From the NCBI GenBank assembly GCA_044506615.1, contig JBIQKJ010000004.1, positions 134,383 to 198,382 of the forward strand: a stretch of 64,000 bases of DNA, given 5' to 3'. The notes under the pieces are model-generated. The model was not told where the DNA came from. It was given only the letters and a program-made list of their open reading frames with translations, and did no database searches. The translations under genes and the position numbers were made by a program. Source of the DNA: Chloroflexota bacterium. Its GTDB lineage: Bacteria > Chloroflexota > Limnocylindria > Limnocylindrales > CSP1-4. Shown one piece after another: positions 55,038 through 63,090 of this stretch (position 1 is the first letter of the stretch; each line of letters begins with the position of its first letter).

Positions 55038-57302
55038 CTACGACTCGTCGTCGGGCTCGGCGGTCGGCTCCCCGGATGGCGCGCCGGACGGCGCCGGCGT
55101 GGCCGGAGCCACGTCCGGGACGGCCACGAGCGCGGCCCGGTGGATCGTGTCCCTCGTGATCCAGACGAGCGTCGGCGGCTGCCCCTCCTCGGCGGGCGGG
55201 AGGTAGTAGAAGTCCCGAACGTCCTCCCAGCCGGGCTGGCCGCCCGCGAGGCGATACTGCTCGACGAAGGTGCCCTCCAGCTTGTCGATCGCCAGGATCC
55301 GCGCGTTCCGCCGGTCATAGGCGTAGAGGTTGCCGGCCCGGCGGTCGGCGGAGCCGTCGATGAGCGTGTACTGCGGCGCCCGACGCAGGAGCTCGTCACC
55401 CGGCGTGCCCGCCTCCCAGCCCTCGCTCCGACCCGACGAGAAGCGGATGAGCCCGCCGTTCTCGATCGCGTAGATGTCGCCGTCGATGTGGAGGTTGACC
55501 ATCGTGTCGGTCCGGCGCGACGTCGGGTCGGCCAGCCACATGGTCGGCCGGGACGGGAAGCCGCTGCCGTCGCGCGCCGGCGAGTAGGCCAGGATCTGCT
55601 TCTCCGACGGATCGACGACGTACAGGTTGTAGAGGCCCTCGCTGGCGCTCCGCACGAACGTCCCCATCGCGAGGATGTCGTCGCCCCAGCCGCTCGCCCC
55701 CTGGACGCGGACGCGGGTCAACGTGCCGTCGCCCTTCTTGTTCGCGGCGCGCCACCGCCAGAGGACGTTCTTCGCGTCGAGGATCAGCAGGTCGCGCACA
55801 CCGACCGCGATGAGGCGGGGCTCGGACTGGGTGGCGCCGGCGGCCTTGCGTCCGGCCCGGAAGATCGCCTTCGCCTCGCGCGCGGCGAGATCGACCCGGT
55901 AGACGCTGCTCGACGCGCCCTCGATGACATAGGTCGCGCCGTCGGGGCCCCGCAGGATCGACCGAAGGTCGATCGGGTCGCCGTCCTCGCGCGGGTTGAA
56001 GGTGAACAGGGCTTCCGGCGCCACCGGCACGACCCGGTACAGCCGATCCAGCCCCTCGACCGCACGCTCCCGGAGCGGGTCGACGGTCGACGCGCGGACG
56101 CCGTTCTCGCGGGCCACGTCGAGCTGCTCGTAGGCTTCGGTCAGCAGCTGGAGCGCCTCCTGCGGGTCCGCCTCGACCAGGTCGATGCCCGGGCCCATCA
56201 CCTCGTTGAGATTGGTCCGGGCGATGGTCAGGGCCCGCTGCCCGGCGTCGATCGAGCTGATGGCGTCGGTCCCGGTCCCCGGCGAGGCGAAGGCCCACAC
56301 CCCGAGGCCCAGCCCGCCCAGGACGAGGATGAAGGCGAGGATCGCGACCGCCGCCCGGCGCTGGGTCTCGCGCCGGGAGGCGAGCGGCGTCACCCGGCGA
56401 TACGCCGGCTTGCGCCGCGGCATGAGCTCCTGCACGCGCCCGACGACGCGCTCGAGTGCGCCGCCGACCGACTCACGGGCGGAGCCCGCCGCCGCGCTCA
56501 CGGCGCTGCCTGCAGCCTGGACGCCGTCGGCGAGCGGAATCGGCGAGCGGTCGGGCGCCCCTGCGAGCGGCTCGGCCGGCCGGACGGGCACGAGCGTCCG
56601 CTGGCGGCTCGTCGCGTTGACCTCGGTCGCCTCGAAGGCGATCGCGCCGTCGCTGCCGCTCCCGTCGGCAGCCACGAAGCGGTGGTGGAGGTGCTCCATC
56701 GCGGACTGCGGATGGAGCGTCAGCATGGCGTCCTTCAGCTCGTCGACCCCGAGCTTGGCCACGACGTTCGGCGAGATCAGCACGAGCGAATCGCCGACCG
56801 AGATCTCACCGCGCCACACGTCGGGCTCGAGCTCCCCGGAGGGCAGGCCCCGCTCGCGGTGCGGGTCGGGCAGCGTCGAGAGGCGCGCCTGCCGGATGAG
56901 GTAGGCCTCGGCAGGTCCGACGGTCGCGACGTACATCTCGTTGCCGCGGACGACGGCCACACCGACCCCGATCGGCCCGTTGCCGCCCTGGCTCTTCAGC
57001 CCCAGCCGGTCGCCCTGGTGCGACAGCCGCTTGTTGGCGGTCGCGATCGCCTTCTGCAGGCAGACCCGGATCCCGGCGGACTCGTCGTAGTAGTACTCGT
57101 TGCGGATCGTCTCGGCCGTCATCCGCGTCGCCTCGAGCGCGTGCCGGGTGCTGACCCGCGAGGTCACCAGCAGGTACAGGTGCCCCTTCGAGCGCGCGAC
57201 GGATCCGACGCTCGGCTCGACCACGACGAGCGTGTCGGGCGAGTCTGGGAGGCGGTCGTGCTCGGCGACGAGGCCGAGCTTCATGTGCAATCGGACGGCC
57301 AT
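55038..57302 (-). CDS. membrane protein with a cytoplasmic PP2C-like (apparently metal-site-deficient) domain, one TM, and an extracytoplasmic beta-propeller-like domain
   Basis: 754 aa (ATG at 57302; alternative ATG at 57284). The PP2C-like spacing reads HLYLLVTS / GVGVAVVRGNEMYVATVGPAEAYLI / GDSLVLISPNV / DGAIAFEATE, but the usual DG.GG, GDSR and SDG acidic ligands are replaced. TM: AAVAILAFILVLGGLGLGVWAF. The C-terminal repeats include YVIEGASSSVYRVDL, LYNLYVVDPSEKQILAY and IYAIENGGLIRF. Confidence 0.55.
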   Translation of the reverse strand: MAVRLHMKLGLVAEHDRLPDSPDTLVVVEPSVGSVARSKGHLYLLVTSRVSTRHALEATRMTAETIRNEYYYDESAGIRVCLQKAIATANKRLSHQGDRLGLKSQGGNGPIGVGVAVVRGNEMYVATVGPAEAYLIRQARLSTLPDPHRERGLPSGELEPDVWRGEISVGDSLVLISPNVVAKLGVDELKDAMLTLHPQSAMEHLHHRFVAADGSGSDGAIAFEATEVNATSRQRTLVPVRPAEPLAGAPDRSPIPLADGVQAAGSAVSAAAGSARESVGGALERVVGRVQELMPRRKPAYRRVTPLASRRETQRRAAVAILAFILVLGGLGLGVWAFASPGTGTDAISSIDAGQRALTIARTNLNEVMGPGIDLVEADPQEALQLLTEAYEQLDVARENGVRASTVDPLRERAVEGLDRLYRVVPVAPEALFTFNPREDGDPIDLRSILRGPDGATYVIEGASSSVYRVDLAAREAKAIFRAGRKAAGATQSEPRLIAVGVRDLLILDAKNVLWRWRAANKKGDGTLTRVRVQGASGWGDDILAMGTFVRSASEGLYNLYVVDPSEKQILAYSPARDGSGFPSRPTMWLADPTSRRTDTMVNLHIDGDIYAIENGGLIRFSSGRSEGWEAGTPGDELLRRAPQYTLIDGSADRRAGNLYAYDRRNARILAIDKLEGTFVEQYRLAGGQPGWEDVRDFYYLPPAEEGQPPTLVWITRDTIHRAALVAVPDVAPATPAPSGAPSGEPTAEPDDES

Positions 57303-57412
57303 GCGGTCTCGTATCGGCGGTCGCCTGTCACGGTCGGCGACCAGGGCGGCGAGCGGCGGAATCCCGGTTCGATCGAGGTCGCTCGCTCCGAGATGGCTGG
57401 CAGGTGCCGGGA

Positions 57413-57742
57413 TTATACGCGGGGCGGGTTGCGCCGGACGCGGATCCGAAGCTCGCGCACCCCGACGCCGCCGGGTGCCGCGGCAAAGGCCGCGAGCAGC
57501 TCGGTCGAGCGCAGCCGGAGCTCCTGGGCGACGATCGGCGCGTCGGTCTCGACGTCGAGCGCGAAGCCTTCGATGCCCACCACCCGACACGCGCCGCTGG
57601 CCGCCGGGACGCGCTCCTCGACGAGTGCCTCGAACGTGGCAATCGCTCGGGACAGCCGGAGCTCGTCCTCGAGCCCGAGCGCCCGCGCGGTCTCCGGCAT
57701 GAGGTCGCCGATGCGGACCATCGGCCGTCGCCGCGAGCTCAC
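57413..57742 (-). CDS. dciA: DUF721 protein (DciA-type helicase-loader family), conserved downstream of recF
   Basis: 109 aa with a GTGA overlap to the recF stop. The pattern GDLMPETARALGLEDELRLSRAIATFEALV...VVGIEGFALDVETDAPIVAQELRLRSTELL matches DUF721, and the recF-DUF721 synteny is typical of Actinobacteria. Confidence 0.65.
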   Translation of the reverse strand: MSSRRRPMVRIGDLMPETARALGLEDELRLSRAIATFEALVEERVPAASGACRVVGIEGFALDVETDAPIVAQELRLRSTELLAAFAAAPGGVGVRELRIRVRRNPPRV

Positions 57743-58896
57743 GGGGCACCGATCCCGGGGACGACCTCGGGCCCCGGCAGGAGCGCGGCGCCGGCCGGGC
57801 CGGCCACCACCTGCCAGGGGCGGGCGATCGCGAGCAGCTCGGGGTCGAGGTCGTCGAGCGTGGTCGTCGTGACGAACGACTGGGGGAGCGCGGCGATCCG
57901 GCGCACGAGGTGCGATCGGCGTTCCGGATCGAGCTCCGAGAAGACGTCGTCGAGCAGCAGGAGCGGCGGCCGGCCGTCGAGCGCGGTGAGCAGATCGAGC
58001 TCGGCCAGCTTGAATGCGAGGATCGCGGTCCGCTGCTGGCCGCGCGAGGCGAACGCCGCCAGGTCGCGGCCACCCATCTCGAACACGATGTCGTCGCGGT
58101 GGGGACCGATGAGCGTCGAGCCGTTCCAGACCTCCTTGTCCGCGGTCTCGACCAGCCGCCGTGCCAGCGCGTCGCGCGGCGACTCGCCGGGGAGTGCCGG
58201 CGCGTTCGTGGCATAGCGGATGTGCAGAGCCCCGGCGGCGGCCTCGTCGGGGGCAATCTCCGCGTGCGCCTCGGCCAGCGGACCCGCGAGGGCCTCGAGC
58301 AGGCGCAGGCGTTCGTCGACGAGCGCCGCCGCAGCATGGAGGAACGATGCATCCCAGAAACGGAGCTCGTCGCGCGTCGCGGCCTCCTCGCGGATCGCCC
58401 GGAGCAGACTGTTGCGCTGCTGGAGGATGCGCCCGTAGGTCGTCAGCGTGTCGCCGTAGACCGGGGAGCGGCTCGTGGCGAGCTGGTCGACGGCCGCGCG
58501 ACGGAGCGAGGGGGAGCCGGCGACGAGCAGCATCTCCTCCGGGGCGAAGACCACGATGCGCAGGACGCGGGCCAGGCCGGACGCGCGCCGGCCGACGCCG
58601 TTGACGCGGATCCGCTTGCGTCCGCCGGTGCCCGTCGCACCGGTTCGGGTCACGGCCACCTCGACCACCTCCCGACCGACCGCTCCCTCGATGCGGGCGA
58701 GGTCGGTGCCCCAGCGGATGAGCTCGCCATCCGCGGTCGTCCGGTGGGACCGTCCCCAGGCAAGCATGACGACGGCTTCGAGCAGGCTCGTCTTGCCGGC
58801 CGCGTTGGGACCCCAGATCAGCTGCGGGCCGCCACCCACCGTGGTGTCGAGGGTGGCGTATCCCCGGAAGTCGAGGAGGCGGATGGACTCGAGCAG
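57739..58896 (-). CDS. recF: DNA replication and repair protein RecF (probable non-canonical CTG start)
   Basis: Walker A GPNAAGKTSLLEA, signature LASRGQQRT, Walker B LLLLDDVFSELD. The conserved N-terminal strand LLESIRLLDFRGYATLDTTV lies upstream of the first canonical start (GTG 58839). CTG at 58896 is preceded by GGGGAG with a 6-nt spacer. Confidence 0.85.
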   Translation of the reverse strand: MLESIRLLDFRGYATLDTTVGGGPQLIWGPNAAGKTSLLEAVVMLAWGRSHRTTADGELIRWGTDLARIEGAVGREVVEVAVTRTGATGTGGRKRIRVNGVGRRASGLARVLRIVVFAPEEMLLVAGSPSLRRAAVDQLATSRSPVYGDTLTTYGRILQQRNSLLRAIREEAATRDELRFWDASFLHAAAALVDERLRLLEALAGPLAEAHAEIAPDEAAAGALHIRYATNAPALPGESPRDALARRLVETADKEVWNGSTLIGPHRDDIVFEMGGRDLAAFASRGQQRTAILAFKLAELDLLTALDGRPPLLLLDDVFSELDPERRSHLVRRIAALPQSFVTTTTLDDLDPELLAIARPWQVVAGPAGAALLPGPEVVPGIGAP

Positions 58897-58920
58897 GACC
58901 GACTCCCCGTCTGCGTGCCC

Positions 58921-60039
58921 CTAGGAGGTCGTCCGAACCGGCATGACGACGTGGACGTAGCGCTCGTCGCCGACCGGCTTGAACACGCCGGGCGACAGCG
59001 GTCCGTTGAGCTCGAGCGCGAACTGGTCCGCGTCGACGTTCGTCAGCACGTCGGCCAGGTAGCGGGCGTTGAAGGCGATCGTGGTGCCGTCGCCGTCGAC
59101 CGCCGCCTCGACCGCGCCGACGTGGTCGCCGACCTCGGCGTTCGCGCTGACCGTGATCCCGGTGTCGCTGTCCCCGCCGATCTGCAGCTTCACGATGTTC
59201 GCGGACTCGTGGGCGATGAGCGCGGCCGGGCGGACCGCGCGCAGCAGCTCCTCGCGGTCGAGCACCGCGCGCGTCGTGTGCGACTGCGGCATGACCTGCT
59301 GGTAGTTCGGGAACTGGCCGTCGATCAGCCTGCTGACGAGGTCCACGCCCTCGAGGTGGAACAGGACCTGGTTGCGACCGCCGGCCAGGATGACGTCGAC
59401 GGGATCGTCGCTGTCGGTCAGGATCCGGGCGAGCTCGTTGAGCGCGCGCGCGGGGATGACCACGCTCGTCTCGGGGACGGCGTCGAGGACGGGGATCGTG
59501 CGGACCGCGATCCGGTAGTTGTCGGCGGCGGCGAGCGTCAGCTGGTCGCCCTCGAAGCGGGCGAGGACCCCGGTCAGGATCGGGCGGGCCTCGTCGCTGG
59601 CCGCGGCGAACGTCGTCTCGGCCAGGGCCCGGCGCAGGACGTTCTGCGCGATCCGCGTCGTCGGCCGCTCGCCGGCGGTCTGGATCGCCGGGAACTCGTC
59701 GGCGTCGATGCCCTTGATGTGGGTCTCGAACCGGCCGGAGCGGAGGTTCAGGATGTCGCCGGCCTGGAGGTCCAGGTCGACCCGCTCGCCGGCGGGCAGC
59801 GAGCCGACGAGATCGGTCAGCAGCCGGGCCGGAACGGTCGTCGCGCCGTCGGTCTCGATCTTGCCCGGCACCCAGTACGTGATCCCGATCTCGAGGTTGG
59901 TCGCGGTCAGCTTGAGCCCCGCGTCCTCGGTCTTGAGGAGCACGTTGGCGAGCACCGGGAGCGTGCTGCGTGTGCTGACGGCGCGGCTCACGACCGACAG
60001 CCCGCGGGCCAGGTTCTCCTGCATGACCGAGAGTTTCAC
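58921..60039 (-). CDS. dnaN: DNA polymerase III beta sliding clamp
   Basis: 372 aa. MKLSVMQENLARGLSVVSRAVSTRSTLPVLANVLL...C-terminal YVHVVMPVRT. Position between dnaA and recF. Confidence 0.95.
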   Translation of the reverse strand: MKLSVMQENLARGLSVVSRAVSTRSTLPVLANVLLKTEDAGLKLTATNLEIGITYWVPGKIETDGATTVPARLLTDLVGSLPAGERVDLDLQAGDILNLRSGRFETHIKGIDADEFPAIQTAGERPTTRIAQNVLRRALAETTFAAASDEARPILTGVLARFEGDQLTLAAADNYRIAVRTIPVLDAVPETSVVIPARALNELARILTDSDDPVDVILAGGRNQVLFHLEGVDLVSRLIDGQFPNYQQVMPQSHTTRAVLDREELLRAVRPAALIAHESANIVKLQIGGDSDTGITVSANAEVGDHVGAVEAAVDGDGTTIAFNARYLADVLTNVDADQFALELNGPLSPGVFKPVGDERYVHVVMPVRTTS

Positions 60040-60507
60040 GTCGGGTTCACTCCACGCTTCGCGGGACGGGACGGACGGCGCTCGCGGGCGGCCGGGTCGG
60101 GGGGTGTTCGGACGGGATCCGGCCGGCGCCGATTCGTTGGTGGGTATCTTCTCTCTATCTTCTCACCCCGTCATCACCGTCATCATGGTGTGGATCGCGT
60201 GGATGCCGAGCGAGCGCCGTGCACGACGGGACGGTGGACGACCGCCCGCCGTCCGTGGATGACGCCGGGGACAGCGGGGAGCGTGTCGGGGAGTCGGTGT
60301 GGGCAGGCCCGGCGCGCCCGGTTGCGACGCGTGGAAGGGCCGTCGCCTCGTGCACCGGGCCCGGCCGGCGCTCCACGCCGGGACGGTGGACCTGTCCACA
60401 ATGCGGGATGGTTTTCCACGGATTCCCGGTGGTTATCCACACCTGCAGGGATCGGGCGGACCGGGATCGGGCGGATTCGAGGCGCGTGACAGGCCCACCC
60501 CCGGCCG
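60040..60507. promoter_or_regulatory. oriC candidate (dnaA-dnaN intergenic region with a DnaA-box cluster and a short AT-richer element)
   Basis: A perfect TTATCCACA at 60433-41. Variants: CTGTCCACA 60392-400, TTTTCCACG 60412-20, and on the other strand TGTGGATCG 60189-97, GCGTGGATG 60197-205 and CCGTGGATG 60253-61. The AT-richer stretch is tatcttctctctatcttctc (60145-64). A direct repeat GGATCGGGCGGA x2 lies at 60449-60 and 60464-75. Confidence 0.75.
60433..60441 (+). promoter_or_regulatory. consensus DnaA box TTATCCACA
   Basis: Exact match to the canonical 9-mer, read directly from the sequence. Confidence 0.85.
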
Positions 60508-61866
60508 TCAGTCGGAGTAGATCAGCTCCCGAACCGCGGCGATCTCGCGCCGCAGCTCGTCGTTCGAGGCGATCTCCCGGTTGATCTTGTCGCACGCGTG
60601 GAGGACCGTCGAGTGGTCCCGGCCACCCAGCTCGGCGCCGATCCGAAGGAGCGACACGTCGGTCTCCTCGCGCATGAGGAACATCGCGATCTGGCGCGGG
60701 ACGACGATCGCCTTGTCGCGCTTCTGGCCCTGGAGCGCGTCGAGCGGGACGCTGTAGTAGTCCGACACCGCCTTGGCGATCCGCTCGGGGGTGACCTGGC
60801 GCTTCTTCGGGTTGTACAGGACGTTCGACAGCACGGCCTGGGCAAGCTCGATGCTGATCGGCATGGCGCCCATGGAGGCGTAGGCCACGATCCGGTTGAG
60901 CGCCCCCTCGAGCTCGCGGATGTTGCTGACGACCTTGCGCGCGATGAACTCGATCACGTCCGACGTGATCGGCACACCGCCCTCCTCGGCCTTCGCGCGG
61001 AGGATCGCGATGCGGGTCTCGAGGTCGGGCGCGGTGAGGTCGGCGATGAGTCCCCACTCGAAGCGGCTGCGCAGGCGCTCCTCGAGCGTGAGGATCGCCT
61101 TCGGCGGCCGGTCGGACGAGAGCACGATCTGCTTGCCCTCGTCGTGGATCGCGTTGAACGTGTGGAAGAACTCCTCCTGGGTCCGCTCCTTGTCGGCGAT
61201 GAACTGGATGTCGTCGATCAGGAGGAGGTCGATCCGCCGGTAGCGTGCGCGGAACTCGTCGATCTTGCCCTGCTGGATCGACGTGATGAACTCGTTCGTG
61301 AACTTCTCGCTGGTCGCGTACACGACCCGCTTGCGCGGGAACTTGGCGACGACCTGGTTGCCGATCGCGTGCATCAGGTGGGTCTTGCCCAGACCGACGC
61401 CGCCGTACAGGAACAGCGGGTTGTAGGCGTGCCCCGGCCGCTCCGCGACCGACAGGCTCGCCGCGTGGGCGAGCCGGTTGGCCGACCCGACGATGAACGT
61501 CGAGAAGGTGTAGCGCGGGTTGAGGTTCGTCGCGCCGCCCTCGCCGCCGACTCGGGTCGGCTCGAGCCGGACCTGCGGTGCCGGGGCCGGCCGCGCGGCG
61601 TCCTCGCCGTTCGTCTCGGGCGCCGCCGTGACGATGAACTCGACCTGGACGCTGTAGCCGACGATGCGGGCGAGCGTCTGGCTGATCAGCGATCGATAGC
61701 GCGTCTCGAGCCAGTCCTTGGCGAAGCCGTTCGGGACGCCGATGCGGAACCGCTGGTCGTCGACGTCGACGAGCTGCGTCTCCTTGAGCCACGTCTCGTA
61801 GTTGGCGGGCGAGAGCGAGACCTGGAGCTCACCGAGCGCCGCGCGCCATACCTGCTTCGCGTCCAT
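60508..61866 (-). CDS. dnaA: chromosomal replication initiator protein DnaA
   Basis: 452 aa. MDAKQVWRAALGELQ, Walker A GGVGLGKTHLMHAIG, LLIDDIQF, and the C-terminal DNA-binding domain ...GGRDHSTVLHACDKI. Confidence 0.97.
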   Translation of the reverse strand: MDAKQVWRAALGELQVSLSPANYETWLKETQLVDVDDQRFRIGVPNGFAKDWLETRYRSLISQTLARIVGYSVQVEFIVTAAPETNGEDAARPAPAPQVRLEPTRVGGEGGATNLNPRYTFSTFIVGSANRLAHAASLSVAERPGHAYNPLFLYGGVGLGKTHLMHAIGNQVVAKFPRKRVVYATSEKFTNEFITSIQQGKIDEFRARYRRIDLLLIDDIQFIADKERTQEEFFHTFNAIHDEGKQIVLSSDRPPKAILTLEERLRSRFEWGLIADLTAPDLETRIAILRAKAEEGGVPITSDVIEFIARKVVSNIRELEGALNRIVAYASMGAMPISIELAQAVLSNVLYNPKKRQVTPERIAKAVSDYYSVPLDALQGQKRDKAIVVPRQIAMFLMREETDVSLLRIGAELGGRDHSTVLHACDKINREIASNDELRREIAAVRELIYSD

Positions 61867-62218
61867 TCGTCGTGTTTCGACCTTGACTCAGCGCATTGAT
61901 TGACCGGGTGGGTAAACGCCGACCACGGACGCGGAGACGGGGACCGGTGCCAAGACCTGTTCGCGCTCCCGGCGGACCGGGAGTGACGGCTCCGGGAGTC
62001 CCGTCCGAGGGCCTCCGAAGGGGCGACTCTCAGGCGTCCCGGCGCCGAGGGCCCGGTGAGGATAGCACCGCGTCCGTGGCCGTCGCAAGGCGATTCTGGT
62101 ATACCCCCCTGGAGTATCCGATCGCGCGATCCAGAACGGTCGGGCGAAGCCCTCGCGCGCGCCCGAATCGAATGGTGGGCGAGCCACCGGTCGGCCCTGC
62201 GGCGCCGGGCGGACGTGT

Positions 62219-62248
62219 TTGACACCCCTCTCGGGGCCGTCATATCAT
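62219..62248 (+). promoter_or_regulatory. candidate rpmH promoter (-35 TTGACA, 18-nt spacer, -10 TATCAT)
   Basis: TTGACA at 62219-24 and TATCAT at 62243-48, about 115 nt upstream of the rpmH ATG. GGAGAGGA (62341-48) serves as the SD. Confidence 0.45.
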
Positions 62249-62363
62249 CCGCCGGACGACGACGCGCCGTGCGCTTCCGTGCGCCAGGCGCGTCTGCGTG
62301 CCTCTACGGGGTTTGGAGCGACAAGTCCCCGAGGGCGGATGGAGAGGATCCCGGACAGTTCCG

Positions 62364-62501
62364 ATGACCAAGCAGACGTATCAGCCGAAGAAGCGCCATC
62401 GCGCCAAGGAGCACGGCTTCCGGGCCCGGATGAAGACGACGCCGGGCCGGCGTGTGCTCGCCGCACGGCGCGCTCGCGGCCGCAAGCGGCTGACGGTCTG
62501 A
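62364..62501 (+). CDS. rpmH: 50S ribosomal protein L34
   Basis: [45 protein letters not shown], 45 aa, the canonical L34 sequence. Confidence 0.95.
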   Translation: MTKQTYQPKKRHRAKEHGFRARMKTTPGRRVLAARRARGRKRLTV

Positions 62502-62533
62502 CCGGGGGTCGCGGCACACACACGCCGCGGCTC

Positions 62534-62872
62534 GTGATGCTCTCCCGCCCGCAGGAGTTCGCGGCGTTCCAGGGCGCCGGGACCAGCCGGTCCCACCCCC
62601 TGCTCACCGCTCGCTTCGTGCGGAACGACCTGGGGACGACGAGGTTCGGGTTCGCAACCGGCCGAAAGCTCGGCTCGGCGGTGATCCGGAACCGCGTCCG
62701 ACGACGACTCCGCGAGGCGCTCAGGGTGATGGCGCCCTCGTTCCAGCCCGGCTGGGACGTCCTCATCATCGCCCGGCCCGCGATCGTCGAGGCCGACCAC
62801 GACGCACTGGTCGGGGCATTGCGCCGGACGCTCGTCCGGGGCGGGGTACTCGGAGGACCCACGGCCGCGTGA
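62534..62872 (+). CDS. rnpA: ribonuclease P protein component
   Basis: About 112 aa. [25 protein letters not shown] (RNR motif) and the position after rpmH. The start is GTG 62534 or ATG 62537. Confidence 0.8.
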   Translation: MMLSRPQEFAAFQGAGTSRSHPLLTARFVRNDLGTTRFGFATGRKLGSAVIRNRVRRRLREALRVMAPSFQPGWDVLIIARPAIVEADHDALVGALRRTLVRGGVLGGPTAA

Positions 62873-63075
62873 AGCGACTCGGGATCGGCCTGATCAAGCT
62901 CTACCGGATCGTCTTCGCCTGGCTGCCGCCGAGCTGCCGGTTCGAGCCGACCTGCTCCCACTACACGGAGCAGGCGATCGAGAAGTACGGCCTGGTCAAA
63001 GGCAGCTGGCTCGGTGCGAAGCGCATCGCCCGCTGCCATCCATGGAACCCGGGCGGGTATGACCCGGTCCGCTAA
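62869..63075 (+). CDS. yidD: membrane protein insertion efficiency factor YidD
   Basis: 68 aa with a GTGA overlap. [34 protein letters not shown]...[13 protein letters not shown]. Confidence 0.9.
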   Translation: MKRLGIGLIKLYRIVFAWLPPSCRFEPTCSHYTEQAIEKYGLVKGSWLGAKRIARCHPWNPGGYDPVR

Positions 63076-63090
63076 CGAGGCACGCACCGC

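Noticed and set aside
54231-60489. Plus-strand ORFs of 1213 aa (54231..57872) and 859 aa (57910..60489), and the upper part of minus-strand ORF 55038..58352
   Set aside because: They lie antisense or out of frame to the rhomboid, PP2C-like, DUF721, recF and dnaN genes. Their composition is Arg/Asp/Gly/Pro-rich. The 55038..58352 frame above 57302 overlaps recF and DUF721 and has no features.
60155-60584. Small ORFs inside the dnaA-dnaN intergenic region (for example 60163..60399, 60183..60440, 60219..60584) and the 545-aa ORF 60155..61792
   Set aside because: The region carries a DnaA-box cluster and is the expected oriC. The ORFs are Arg/Pro-rich and overlap each other and dnaA in other frames.
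61867-62218. Possible ncRNA or second DnaA-box cluster in the dnaA-rpmH gap
   Set aside because: I could not find consensus-like DnaA boxes or any signature of SRP, RNase P, 6S or tmRNA by eye. It probably holds only the dnaA and rpmH promoters and leaders, and a covariance-model scan would be needed to say more.
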